Source of the DNA: Candidatus Bathyarchaeota archaeon
GTDB taxonomy: Archaea > Thermoproteota > Bathyarchaeia > Hecatellales > Hecatellaceae
Direction of reading: 5' to 3'
Length of the DNA: 64,000 bases
Assembly (NCBI GenBank): GCA_052246995.1
Contig: JBQPWD010000004.1
Span: forward strand, 64,001-128,000
The stretch's first letter is position 1; the number at the start of each line of letters is the position of its first letter. This document shows positions 49,964 through 59,720 of the stretch, piece by piece. The notes beneath the pieces are model-generated. The model saw only the letters and a program-made list of their open reading frames with translations. It did no database searches and had not been told where the DNA came from. The position numbers were made by a program, and so were the translations under genes.

Positions 49964-50146
49964 TTCACCAAACCTTACACCTAACTATTTTAAGGTGGAA
50001 ACTGAAACTGCTTTACAATATTATGGAAATAAAAATTAAGCCAATTTAAAATTTGTTTTGTGTAACATTAAACTATAAAGGAAATTTGATAAATCTAAGA
50101 TGCTTTTAGAGGAAAATGGCATAGTAGAGAGAGCCGGTAAAAAAGT

Positions 50147-50428
50147 TTAACCTCCAACTATAGGTGGAAATATTGAAATTTCATCACCATCATTTAACAC
50201 TGTTTTCACACCATCCAAGGTTTTTATGTTTAAGCCATTAACCAGTATTGTAAGATTTTCTGTTAAGGTTTCAGCCTCAAAAATTTCTTCTCTAAACTTT
50301 TCACCATAAAACTCTGAAAGAATGTTTAATGCCTCATAAACGGTTACTGGTTTATCAAGTTCCAATGTTCTTTCCTTTTCACCTGCAATTTCTCTAAGGG
50401 AAGCAAAAAATCTAAATTTAACCTTCAA
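50147..50428 (-). CDS. moaD: SAMP/MoaD ubiquitin-like sulfur carrier
   Basis: FFA.LRE.AG, ILVNG, DGDE...FPP..GG C-terminus. Confidence 0.93.
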   Translation of the reverse strand: MKVKFRFFASLREIAGEKERTLELDKPVTVYEALNILSEFYGEKFREEIFEAETLTENLTILVNGLNIKTLDGVKTVLNDGDEISIFPPIVGG

Positions 50429-50490
50429 GTTAGGCTAACCCTTCACTTTAGAAAATAAGGGAGAAATATAAATTTTTTCCAGTAAGTATA

Positions 50491-50940
50491 ATGTTAACTA
50501 TGGAGAAAGTTAAACTTGTAGGTAAAGACGAGATTGATTTAGGAAAAGTTGTAAAGGCTGTTAAGGAAAACTTAGAAAGTTTTGATTATGGCGCAATTTT
50601 ATGTTTTATAGGTGTGGTTAGAAGTGTAGGACAGGATGGTGAAAAGGTTAAGCATCTATACTATGAGGTTGATGAAAAATATACCCTAAAGTTTTTAGAG
50701 GATTTAAGACAAAAGATTTTGGAGGAAAACAAGGGATTAGCTGAACTTATAATCTACCATTGTGTAGGGGAGGTCCCTCCTAAAAATGAAACATTACTCA
50801 TAGTTGGTGTTGGAAAGCACAGTGAAGACGTTTTTAACGGAGTTAAAAAAGCGTTAAATGGGGTTAAAAAAGATGTCCCTATATGGAAAAAGGAGGTAAC
50901 GGAAAAACATTCTTACTGGGTTGGCAGGGAAAAAAGTTAA
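50491..50940 (+). CDS. moaE: Molybdopterin synthase catalytic subunit
   Basis: GA...F.G.VR, L.YE, H..G, K..VPIWKKE. Confidence 0.92.
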   Translation: MLTMEKVKLVGKDEIDLGKVVKAVKENLESFDYGAILCFIGVVRSVGQDGEKVKHLYYEVDEKYTLKFLEDLRQKILEENKGLAELIIYHCVGEVPPKNETLLIVGVGKHSEDVFNGVKKALNGVKKDVPIWKKEVTEKHSYWVGREKS

Positions 50941-50983
50941 AGTTAATTTTCTTTATAAAAATTTGATGGTGAAAGAATATTTC

Positions 50984-51151
50984 TTGAAAATCCATGTTTG
51001 ATTTTATGATAATTTTAGGGATATTGCTGGAAGGGATATTATCTGCTTGAAGATGGAAAAAACAATGAGTTAATAAGATACTATATATTTTAAGGTTAAA
51101 GATGACGATATTTTGATAGTTAAAGGGTTACATGTTATAGGTGGCGGCCAG
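50984..51151 (+). pseudogene. Decayed second SAMP/MoaD gene
   Basis: One frame: MKIHV*FYDNFRDIAGRDIICLKMEKTMS**DTIYFKVKDDDILIVKGLHVIGGG; GGTGA RBS upstream. Confidence 0.65.
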
Positions 51152-51191
51152 AAGCCAACCTTTAACTTTAGCATTTAGGTGTTTAACCAAG

Positions 51192-51932
51192 TTGGTAACG
51201 TTAACACAGGAGGAGCTTAAACGTTACGATAGACAAATAAGAATAGAAAATTTTGGCGTTAAAGCCCAAGAAAAGCTAAAGAAAGCTAGGGTTGTTGTTG
51301 CTGGTGTTGGAGGTTTAGGATGTACAGCTTCAACGTACCTTGTTGCGGCTGGAATTGGAGAAATAGTACTAGTTGATGGGGAAAAGGTTGAGTTTAGCAA
51401 CCTTAACAGGCAGATTTTACATTGGGAAAAGGATGTTGGAAAGTTTAAAGTTTACTCAGCTGCCAAAAAACTTAGAAAGATAAATCAAACTGTTAAGATT
51501 AGAGGGTTTGTTGGTGAAATAAACGATAAAAACGTTTACAAGCTTATTAAAAACGCGGATGTTGTTATTGACGGACTGGATAACTTCAAAACAAGATTTT
51601 TATTAAACAAGGCGTGCATAGAGCTAGATATACCTTTTGTTCATGCAGCTATTCACGGATTGATAGGGGAACTTATGACAATAATTCCAGGTAAAGGACC
51701 ATGTTACCAGTGTTACGTTGTTAAGGAGTTAGAAGAGGTAAAACCTACACCAGCTTTGGGTGCAACTGTAGGAGTTGTAGGTTGTTTGGAGGCTGTTGAA
51801 GCAATAAAGTTAATGACAGGAGTAGGGGAACCGTTAGCAGGTAGGCTTCTACTGTTTAATGGAGGTGCAATGGATTTTACAACCTTAGAAATTAAAAGGT
51901 TAAAAAATTGTCCAGCTTGTGGAAAACTGTAA
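51192..51932 (+). CDS. ubaA: E1-like SAMP-activating enzyme (UbaA/MoeB/ThiF)
   Basis: RYDRQI, GVGGLG, SNLNRQ, D..DN, CYQC, CPAC; TTG start at 51192 with AGGTG RBS. Confidence 0.92.
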   Translation: MVTLTQEELKRYDRQIRIENFGVKAQEKLKKARVVVAGVGGLGCTASTYLVAAGIGEIVLVDGEKVEFSNLNRQILHWEKDVGKFKVYSAAKKLRKINQTVKIRGFVGEINDKNVYKLIKNADVVIDGLDNFKTRFLLNKACIELDIPFVHAAIHGLIGELMTIIPGKGPCYQCYVVKELEEVKPTPALGATVGVVGCLEAVEAIKLMTGVGEPLAGRLLLFNGGAMDFTTLEIKRLKNCPACGKL

Positions 51933-51947
51933 GTTTTTAAATTTACT

Positions 51948-53123
51948 TTAAAAAAGTTTTTTCATTCTTTCACAAGCTTCTTTTATTTCCTCTTTTGGTC
52001 TTGTTAAGGAAAATCTTACATAGTTTTCTCCATATCTGCCAAAACCAATTCCAGGTGTTGCTACAACACCAGCCTCTAAAAGTTTTTTTGTAAACTCTAT
52101 TGAGCTTTGTTTAATATTTACCCAAACATAGAAAGTTGCTTTTGGTTTTTTGCATTTTATTCCTAAGCTTTCTAACCCCTTAACTAAGGTATCTCTCCTT
52201 TCTCTGTAAATTTTGTTTAACTCTTCTACATGTTTTGGCTGTTCACCATTTTCAGGATAGCTTTTTAAGGCTACTGCCGCAGCTTTTTGAATATACTTTG
52301 GTGGTCCTGAGTCTATTTGGGTTTTAACTTTAACTAAGCCTTCTATAAGCTTTCTACTTCCAACGGCAAATCCTATCCTATCCCCAGTCATACAAAATGT
52401 TTTTGAGCATGAGTGAAATTCCACTGCAACATCCATAGCCTCATCAACCTCAAGGATGCTTGGAGCTTTATAACCATCAAAGCTTATCTCGGAGTAGGCG
52501 TTATCATAACATATAATTGTGTTATTTTCCTTTGCAACCTCAACAATCTCTTTAAGAAACTTTTTATCAACAACAGCAGTCGTTGGATTGTTTGGGTAGT
52601 TTAAGAACATCATTCTTACATTTTTCTGGGAAGCTAAAAACTCAACATCAGGTTTAAACTCGTTTTCCTCGGTTAAAGGCATGAAAACAGGTACACCCTC
52701 GCTTAAAATTGTTCCACCATAAGCATAAACAGGGTATGCTGGATCAGGAACTAGCACTTTATCACCAGGGTTAACAAAAGCTCTTGTAATGTTTGCAATA
52801 CCCTCCTTGGAGCCAATTAAGGCTACAACCTCCTTTTCAGGGTTTAAATCTACTCTAAATCTTCGCTTATACCATTCTGTAACAGCTTCCTTAAATTCTA
52901 ATTCTCCTTGACTAAAAGAGTATCTATGGTTCTCCGGGTTTTCAACTTCCTTTTTTAATGTTTCCACCACAAATTGTGGAGGGGGAAGGTCTGGGTCACC
53001 TATACTAAGCGAGATAAGGTTTACACCCTGTCTCTTCTTTTCAAGAATTATTTTTTCAATTTCGGCAAAAAGGTATGGTGGAAGTTTTTTTATTCTTTCA
53101 GCAAAAAATATTTTTTCCTCCAA
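51948..53123 (-). CDS. dapL: LL-diaminopimelate aminotransferase
   Basis: LPPYLFA, IGDPD, GSKEG, NYPNNPT, SCSKT; in dap operon. Confidence 0.88.
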   Translation of the reverse strand: MEEKIFFAERIKKLPPYLFAEIEKIILEKKRQGVNLISLSIGDPDLPPPQFVVETLKKEVENPENHRYSFSQGELEFKEAVTEWYKRRFRVDLNPEKEVVALIGSKEGIANITRAFVNPGDKVLVPDPAYPVYAYGGTILSEGVPVFMPLTEENEFKPDVEFLASQKNVRMMFLNYPNNPTTAVVDKKFLKEIVEVAKENNTIICYDNAYSEISFDGYKAPSILEVDEAMDVAVEFHSCSKTFCMTGDRIGFAVGSRKLIEGLVKVKTQIDSGPPKYIQKAAAVALKSYPENGEQPKHVEELNKIYRERRDTLVKGLESLGIKCKKPKATFYVWVNIKQSSIEFTKKLLEAGVVATPGIGFGRYGENYVRFSLTRPKEEIKEACERMKKLF

Positions 53124-53135
53124 GATTATCCGCCT

Positions 53136-53975
53136 CTAAAATAGTTTACCTTCAAACACTTTTTCAACAGAACCCTCAAGAAAAACTCTTCCAGAGTATT
53201 CAACATTTAAGTCTCCACCAACCAGGTGAACAACAACTTTTTTACCAACCTTTCCAAGCAGATTTCCAGCAACAACAATAGCACAAGCCCCCGTGCCACA
53301 TGCAAAAGTTTCACCACAACCTCTTTCCCAAACCCTAGCTTTTAATTCTTCAGCATTTAAAACTTTAACAAACTCAACATTAATTTTTTTAGGGAAAAGT
53401 TTATGATTTTCTATTAACGGCCCAAACTTTTCAACTGGAAAATTTTCTACTTCATCCAAGAAAATAACACAATGTGGGTTACCGAGAGAAAGACATGTTA
53501 TGCTAAATTTTTTATCTTCAACTTTTAACTCTTCGTTTACACATAAACCGTCTCCAACCATAGGAATGTATCTTTTTTCAAAAATTGGATAGCCAACATC
53601 AACTTTTACAGATTTAACTTCAGTACCACTTAATTTTAACCAAACTTTTTTAACTCCAGCTAAGGTTTCAACATCAAACTCCTCTTTTAACACAATATTG
53701 TTTTCATAACAATACTTTGCTAGACATCTAATCCCGTTACCACACATTTCAGCCTCACTACCATCAGAATTAAAAATCCTCATTTTAACATCAGCCATAG
53801 ATGAATTTTCAACAAAGATTAATCCGTCAGCTCCAACAGAAAATCTTCTTTTACAAAGCTTAGAAGCTAAACTGGGTTTTTCACTTTCACTAACAATGCC
53901 TTCCCTGTTATCTACAACTATATAGTCGTTTCCAAGTGCGTGCATTTTCCAAAATTTTAAACCAGCTAAAACCAA
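53136..53975 (-). CDS. dapF: Diaminopimelate epimerase
   Basis: KMH.LGND, EMCGNG, GNPH, ERG.GET.ACGTG. Confidence 0.96.
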   Translation of the reverse strand: MVLAGLKFWKMHALGNDYIVVDNREGIVSESEKPSLASKLCKRRFSVGADGLIFVENSSMADVKMRIFNSDGSEAEMCGNGIRCLAKYCYENNIVLKEEFDVETLAGVKKVWLKLSGTEVKSVKVDVGYPIFEKRYIPMVGDGLCVNEELKVEDKKFSITCLSLGNPHCVIFLDEVENFPVEKFGPLIENHKLFPKKINVEFVKVLNAEELKARVWERGCGETFACGTGACAIVVAGNLLGKVGKKVVVHLVGGDLNVEYSGRVFLEGSVEKVFEGKLF

Positions 53976-54008
53976 AAATATAGGCCTCCTAAGAAGTTGA
54001 GGCTTCTT

Positions 54009-55292
54009 TTAAGTTAACCAGCTGGCAATTTTCTGCCCTAAAAGTAGGTTTTCAAGGTTTTCAGCCTCCCTAATCAGCTCATGTTTCCCATTCATAACTA
54101 AAACTTCAGCTCCCCGTGGTCTTGAGTTATACTGAGAACTCATAACATATCCATAAGCACCAGCATCCATAACTGCTAAAAGGTCACCCTCCTCAACTTC
54201 AGGTAGCTTTCTATTTTTTCCAAGAAAATCTCCAGATTCACATAGTGGACCAACAACATCATAAACTTCTTTAGCTTTATGGTTTAACTTGTTAGCTACA
54301 ACTATATGATGGTAAGAGTTGTACATTACAGGTCTTATAAGCATGTTAAAACCAGCGTCAACCCCAACAAACTTTTTGTAGGGGTTAGATTTTATAGTGT
54401 TTACCCTTGTAAGAAGAACACCGGCATCACCTACAATATACCTTCCAGGTTCAATGCATAAAACAGGTTTACCTAAGTCATGCTCTTTAACCATCCTATC
54501 TAGGAAGCCAAAAACCTTATCTGAGAAAAGCTTTAAATCCAACTTTTTCTCCCCGGGTTTGTAGGGTATTCCAAGTCCACCACCAATATCTATAAGGTCA
54601 AAGGTTACTCCAACTTTTCTACGAACCTTTTTAGCTATTGTTAAAAGTTTTTTTACAGCTAAAACAAAAGGTTCAACATTCAAAATGCCAGAACCGATAT
54701 GCATATGTATACCAAACTTTTTTACACCGGCTTTTAAAGCTATGCTGTAACCGTCAACAACCTCATTTTCCCAGAAACCAAACTTTGAATTTCTTCCGGC
54801 TGTTATACAATGTTGATGATGTCCAGCTTTAACTTGAGGGTTAACCCTAAAGGAAAGAAATTCTGGAGTTGTGATTTTTAGAAGCCTTTTAAGCTGAGAT
54901 GGAGAGTCAACGTTTATGGATACATTTAGCTTTACAAGAAAGTTAATCTCCTCATCCTTAACATTTGTTCCTGTGAAAAGAATTTTTTCAGGAGGGAAGC
55001 CTGCTTTTAAGGCTAGAAAAACTTCACCAGGGCTTACTGTGTCAACGTAGGCACCTTCATCTTTAAGAATTTTTAGGACTGATAAGTTTGTGTTTGCTTT
55101 TGCAGAGTAGTATATTCTAAAGTTTTTACTGTTAAGGCTTAAAGCTTTGTAAAGCTGTTTATAGTTTTCCCTGACTTTCTTCTCGCTTAAAACGTATAAT
55201 GGAGTTCCATATTTTTCAGCTAACTCTAAACTTGAAACTCCATCAATGTATAAAATACCATTCCTATTTTCAAACACTCCGGCAAGCTCCAT
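54009..55292 (-). CDS. lysA: Diaminopimelate decarboxylase
   Basis: YSAKAN, SKFG, HMHIGS, EPGR, GPLCESGD, YNSRP. Confidence 0.96.
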   Translation of the reverse strand: MELAGVFENRNGILYIDGVSSLELAEKYGTPLYVLSEKKVRENYKQLYKALSLNSKNFRIYYSAKANTNLSVLKILKDEGAYVDTVSPGEVFLALKAGFPPEKILFTGTNVKDEEINFLVKLNVSINVDSPSQLKRLLKITTPEFLSFRVNPQVKAGHHQHCITAGRNSKFGFWENEVVDGYSIALKAGVKKFGIHMHIGSGILNVEPFVLAVKKLLTIAKKVRRKVGVTFDLIDIGGGLGIPYKPGEKKLDLKLFSDKVFGFLDRMVKEHDLGKPVLCIEPGRYIVGDAGVLLTRVNTIKSNPYKKFVGVDAGFNMLIRPVMYNSYHHIVVANKLNHKAKEVYDVVGPLCESGDFLGKNRKLPEVEEGDLLAVMDAGAYGYVMSSQYNSRPRGAEVLVMNGKHELIREAENLENLLLGQKIASWLT

Positions 55293-55314
55293 TCAACCAC
55301 CAATAAGTTATAGG

Positions 55315-56124
55315 TTAAAGAGGATTTTCAAGCACATCTTCCATGGTGTATATTTTAGGCTCACTCTGCCTGTATAACCATTCCGCGGCGTAAAGTGCTC
55401 CTTGAGCAAAAACGCTTCTTGAAAAAGCTAGATGCTCAATTTTTATCATTTCATAGGGACCTGCAACAATTAACTCATGAATTCCTGGGATACCTCCACC
55501 CCTAACCGAGAAAACCTCAATTTCCTCTGGTTTTCTTTTGCTAAACCCTGTTCTACCATAAACTTTTTCCTTATACCCTCTGATGGAGGAAACAATGCTT
55601 AAAATTTTTTCAGCAGTCCCGCTTGGAGCGTCTACCTTACCCTTATGGTGAGCTTCAACAACACTTACATCATATTCTGCTGGAAGAATTTTGCATAGTT
55701 GACTTATAACCTTAAAAAGAATGTTTACACCTAAAGAAAAGTTTGGGGAAAATATTGCTGGAACTTTTCCTTTAACAGCCTCTTCAACAATTTTTCTTTG
55801 TTCATCGTTTAAACCTGTTGTTCCCACAACAATTTTTACCCCATGTTCAGCAACTACAGGAATGTTTGAAACTTCAGCTTGGGGTGTGGTAAAGCTAATG
55901 TATACTTCAGCGTCTTTTAAAGCATCTTTTAGCCTATCGGCACCAACAACCTTTAAATCTAAGTTTGCAATTCCAAGCTCAAAAAGAGATTTACCTATTG
56001 TTTCCTCACCAGGTGCAGCAACCGCACCAACAATTTTAAAGCCTCCTCTAATTAAAGCCTCCTTTATCAGAGTGCTACCCATTCTTCCAGTAGCGCCGAC
56101 AACACAAATCTTAATATTCCTCAT
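55315..56124 (-). CDS. dapB: 4-hydroxy-tetrahydrodipicolinate reductase
   Basis: GATGRMG, GTTG, EAHHKGKVDAPSGTA; ATG at 56124. Confidence 0.95.
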   Translation of the reverse strand: MRNIKICVVGATGRMGSTLIKEALIRGGFKIVGAVAAPGEETIGKSLFELGIANLDLKVVGADRLKDALKDAEVYISFTTPQAEVSNIPVVAEHGVKIVVGTTGLNDEQRKIVEEAVKGKVPAIFSPNFSLGVNILFKVISQLCKILPAEYDVSVVEAHHKGKVDAPSGTAEKILSIVSSIRGYKEKVYGRTGFSKRKPEEIEVFSVRGGGIPGIHELIVAGPYEMIKIEHLAFSRSVFAQGALYAAEWLYRQSEPKIYTMEDVLENPL

Positions 56125-57148
56125 AGTATAAGCCCTCAAGATACCTTTTAGCGTTTAACCTTTCTTCAAGTTTAACATCAAAAAAAGATTCTATAGGCTG
56201 AAGAATTTCCGGGTTTTCGTTGTATACTTTTTTTACCTGAGTTAAAACAATGTTTAAGGCTTTTTTAGTAAGTTTACCCAGTGGAGGTCTACATGGTCCC
56301 GCTGGCATTCCAAGAATGTTCATTAAAGTTTTATAGGGTAAAGGATTCCTAGCTCTACATGAAACAACTCCAAAACTAGTTTCCTCGTCTGTTTTAACAG
56401 TAACAATTTGAAATAGGGGGTTGAGTGCTTTTAAAAGCTTGTTAGCTTTTTCAAGATTTTTGTTTCTTAACGATTCAACAAGCTCTTGAATAGCTTTAGG
56501 AACTATGTTTGAAGCTACGGAAATAACTCCACTAGCATTAATTTCAGGGTCAAGAATCATCTGGTAGGTTTTGTCATCATCACCGGAAAGAATGTCAAAA
56601 TCAGGTCCACAAAGTTTTCTTGTAAGCTTCATGTTTTCAAAGTTTCCAGTAGCCTCCTTAACAGCATTAACATTTGGAAGTTTTTTATGTAAAATTGCAA
56701 GGTCTTGTGGTAAAAGTTGAGTACCTGTCCTTCCAGGAATAACGTAGGGGATTATTTGGGCTTCAGGAAAACTTTTTGCTATAGGTTCAATGTATTCTCT
56801 TCTTATTTCAAGAGAGCTTGGACCGTTATAGTATGGGTCTACAAGTAGAAAGTTTTTTACACCAAAATCTAATGAATGTCTTGTAGCCTCCAGTGCTTCT
56901 TGAGTACTATTACTTCCAGTTCCGGCTATAGTTACACATCTTCCACCAGCATACTCAAAAGCTTTTTCAATAACTTTTTCATGTTCAGCCCATGTTAATG
57001 TTGGACTTTCACCCGTTGTTCCCACAATCACAATACCTGAAACTCTCTCTTCAACTTGAAACTCGACAAGGCTTTTTAGTCCTTCAAAATCTACTTCCAT
57101 GTTTTTCTTCATGGGGGTTATTATCGCAGTATAGCATCCACTAAACAA
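56111..57148 (-). CDS. dapA: 4-hydroxy-tetrahydrodipicolinate synthase
   Basis: GTTGES, PYYN, Y.IPGRTG, KEATG, SGDD. Confidence 0.95.
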   Translation of the reverse strand: MFSGCYTAIITPMKKNMEVDFEGLKSLVEFQVEERVSGIVIVGTTGESPTLTWAEHEKVIEKAFEYAGGRCVTIAGTGSNSTQEALEATRHSLDFGVKNFLLVDPYYNGPSSLEIRREYIEPIAKSFPEAQIIPYVIPGRTGTQLLPQDLAILHKKLPNVNAVKEATGNFENMKLTRKLCGPDFDILSGDDDKTYQMILDPEINASGVISVASNIVPKAIQELVESLRNKNLEKANKLLKALNPLFQIVTVKTDEETSFGVVSCRARNPLPYKTLMNILGMPAGPCRPPLGKLTKKALNIVLTQVKKVYNENPEILQPIESFFDVKLEERLNAKRYLEGLYYEEY

Positions 57149-57260
57149 ATTAAATCACTTCGTAATTTAACCAAACTAACACATTCATATTGGCTTCTCA
57201 AATTTATATCTTTATCGAACTGGATCTAATGAGTTAAAAGGCGAGTTTAAATCCTATAAC

Positions 57261-57356
57261 TGGTGCCGGGGGAGGGTTTTGAACCCTCGGCCTCTGGATT
57301 ATGAGTCCAGCGCTTTAGCCTGTTTTAGCCCATCTAACCAGCTGAGCTACCCCGGC
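57261..57356 (-). tRNA. Elongator tRNA-Met(CAT) with a 19-nt D-arm intron (57315-57333, position 22/23)
   Basis: GCCGGGG/CCCCGGC-A-CCA; CTGGA-CT-CAT-AA-TCCAG; removing ATGGGCTAAAACAGGCTAA restores the GCTC/GAGC D-stem. Confidence 0.88.
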
Positions 57357-57432
57357 TTTTTGGTAGTTAATTATTTAAATAGGGTTGTATTGATTTAAAG
57401 TTTAATTTTGATTTTGCTGTGGAAGAGGCGCG

Positions 57433-58677
57433 ATGGCAAATAACGAGTTTATGTACTTGGATGATGTTGATGTTAAAGGTTTAAGTGTTTTTGTTAGAGT
57501 TGACTTTAATTCTCCAATAAATCCGTCAACAGGCGAAATTCTTGATGATTTAAGAATTAAGGCTACAATACCTACGCTTGAGGCTTTAAAAGAGGCTAAG
57601 GTTGTTGTTGGATCTCATCAGGGTAGACCTTTACAGGATGATTTTACAACGTTGGAAGGACATGCTGAAATTTTGGATAAGTATCTTAAAGATGTTTATG
57701 TAAAGTTTGTTGATGATGTTATTGGACCTAAAGCTTTAGAGGAAATTAAAAAGCTTAAGGCTGGGGAGGTTCTTGTTCTTGACAATTTAAGATTGTGTGC
57801 TGAGGAAAATATTGAAGCTTCTGCTCAAAAACTTGTTAATACAATTTTTGTTAAAAGGCTTAAACCACTGTTTAACCTTTATGTTAATGATGCGTTCTCG
57901 GTTTCTCATCGTTCCCAGGCATCAATTGTGGGTTTGCCTTTAGTTTTACCTGGTGTTGCGGGAAAGGTGTTAAAGGAGGAAATTAAAGCTTCAGAGTTTA
58001 TTTTAAACAACAAGAAAAAACCTCACATCTATGTTTTAGGTGGATCTAAAGTTGAAGATAAATTTGGGATTATAGAATATGGGTTAAAACACGGGAAAGG
58101 GGACCTTTTCCTGCTTGGTGGAGTTTTAGCTGAAGTGTTTCTTAAAGCTAAAGGATATAGTTTAGGTGTAGAAAACGAGAAAAAGCTTGAAAAATTTGGC
58201 TCCTATGTAGAGAAGGCTAAAGAGTGTCTTGAAAAGTATGGTGAAAAAATTGTTTTACCGTTAGATTTAGCTTTAAAGGTAGGTGGTAAAAGAGTAGAAA
58301 AGGATGTTAAAAACCTTCCAGGTTCAGGTGTGATAATGGATTTAGGTTCTGAAACAATTAAAAATTACAGCAACATTCTTAAAGATGCAGAAATTATAGT
58401 GGCTACAGGACCTCTTGGAGTTTTTGAGGAAAAAGGTTTTGAAGAGGGGACAAAAAGGATGCTTGAAGCTATGGTGAAAAGCAAGGCTTACACGGTAATT
58501 GGCGGTGGACATCTTGGAGGGCTAGCAGAAATGCTTGGGTTAAAAGATAAAATAAGACATATAAGCACGGCTGGAGGAGCAATGTTAGCATACATTCAAG
58601 GAAAATCCTTACCAGGAATAGAATCATTAAAAGAATCGGCAAAAAGATTTAAGGAAGTCGTTAAACATAAAAAATAA
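57433..58677 (+). CDS. pgk: Phosphoglycerate kinase
   Basis: RVDFNSP, SHQGRP, NDAF..SHR, GGSK, GGGH, STAGGA. Confidence 0.96.
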   Translation: MANNEFMYLDDVDVKGLSVFVRVDFNSPINPSTGEILDDLRIKATIPTLEALKEAKVVVGSHQGRPLQDDFTTLEGHAEILDKYLKDVYVKFVDDVIGPKALEEIKKLKAGEVLVLDNLRLCAEENIEASAQKLVNTIFVKRLKPLFNLYVNDAFSVSHRSQASIVGLPLVLPGVAGKVLKEEIKASEFILNNKKKPHIYVLGGSKVEDKFGIIEYGLKHGKGDLFLLGGVLAEVFLKAKGYSLGVENEKKLEKFGSYVEKAKECLEKYGEKIVLPLDLALKVGGKRVEKDVKNLPGSGVIMDLGSETIKNYSNILKDAEIIVATGPLGVFEEKGFEEGTKRMLEAMVKSKAYTVIGGGHLGGLAEMLGLKDKIRHISTAGGAMLAYIQGKSLPGIESLKESAKRFKEVVKHKK

Positions 58678-58714
58678 GAATACGGCTAAAATTTTAGGCA
58701 ACTACGGGAAGAGA

Positions 58715-58792
58715 GCCCCGGTAGCTAAGCCAGGTTATAGCGGTGGCCTTGTAAGCCACCGGTCGTGGGTTCAAATCCCACCCGGGGCTCCA
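58715..58792 (+). tRNA. tRNA-Thr(TGT)
   Basis: GCCCCGG/CCGGGGC-T-CCA; GTGGC-CT-TGT-AA-GCCAC. Confidence 0.95.
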
Positions 58793-58909
58793 TACTTTAC
58801 TTAATCTCCAAAAATCTGAGCGGTTAAATCTCATTTTTTAATAAGTTTTGCAAATTTGTTTACCGAAAAACTTAAGATGGTTTGTCGGTACATACTTATA
58901 GGTGTCTTT

Positions 58910-59194
58910 ATGACTAGAAAGAAAAGCAGCATCTACGTTGACGTTGAACTTTGGCGTAGGCTTAAAAAGCGTGCTATGGAGGATGGGGTAGAGTTAAGCA
59001 CCCTACTTGAGGAGGTTATTCGTGAGGAGTTTATGGACCATGTGGATAAAGCCTTAGAGGAGTTAGCAGGCTCTGAATTTTATGGGTTAGAATTTAAGCC
59101 TATCAAGCCTAAGCAGGGTGTTGTAAGCGAGATTGTTAGGATGATGAGGGATGAACGGGCAAACAACGTATCTAGACACCAGTGTAATAGTTAA
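58910..59194 (+). CDS. Ribbon-helix-helix antitoxin (VapB-like)
   Basis: KSSIYVD.ELW..LK..A RHH pattern, VSE.VR.MRD tail; overlaps the PIN gene; ATG 58910 with GGTG RBS. Confidence 0.8.
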   Translation: MTRKKSSIYVDVELWRRLKKRAMEDGVELSTLLEEVIREEFMDHVDKALEELAGSEFYGLEFKPIKPKQGVVSEIVRMMRDERANNVSRHQCNS

Positions 59195-59606
59195 AAGGTA
59201 TGTTGAGGAAGCTGGTACTGATAAGGTTAGAGAGCTGTATGTTAAGGTGTATGCTGGTGATGTAAAGCTTGCTTTTAGCGTATGGAACGTCGGTGAGGTT
59301 TTAGGGGTGCTAGATAGAGCCAGACAACTAGACAGAATAAGCGAGAAGGACTACGTAAAGGCTAGGAAAGCTTTTCTTTCAGAAACAAGAAGGCTTACAC
59401 GGCTTGGGTTGTTAATACTGATTCCAGTCAAGTCCATTATCCTTATACATTCTTGGAGAATATTGGAGAAACGCCACATCTACCAAGCTGATGCACTACA
59501 AATAGCCTCAGCTAAACATGCTCATGCAACCCAATTTCTGGCAGCAGACAAAAAACTCCACGAAGTAGCCTCTAGTGAAGGCCTAAACAGCATCTGCCTA
59601 GGATAA
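59151..59606 (+). CDS. vapC: PIN-domain VapC toxin
   Basis: YLDTS..VKRY, E, ADALQIASA, AD..L. Confidence 0.9.
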   Translation: MNGQTTYLDTSVIVKRYVEEAGTDKVRELYVKVYAGDVKLAFSVWNVGEVLGVLDRARQLDRISEKDYVKARKAFLSETRRLTRLGLLILIPVKSIILIHSWRILEKRHIYQADALQIASAKHAHATQFLAADKKLHEVASSEGLNSICLG

Positions 59607-59720
59607 CTTCCAACCTTAACCTCATCCCCTTCAACTTTAAAGTTTTAAAGGATTTTTATAACATTTAACAACAAATTTTTTATACATGGTTTTATCTAAA
59701 AAGGTTAGCTGGGTGGATTT

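Noticed and set aside
50999-51001. In-frame TGA as selenocysteine in the SAMP-like frame
   Set aside because: Two TAA stops and a deletion follow, the position is not a Cys site, and no SECIS is evident.
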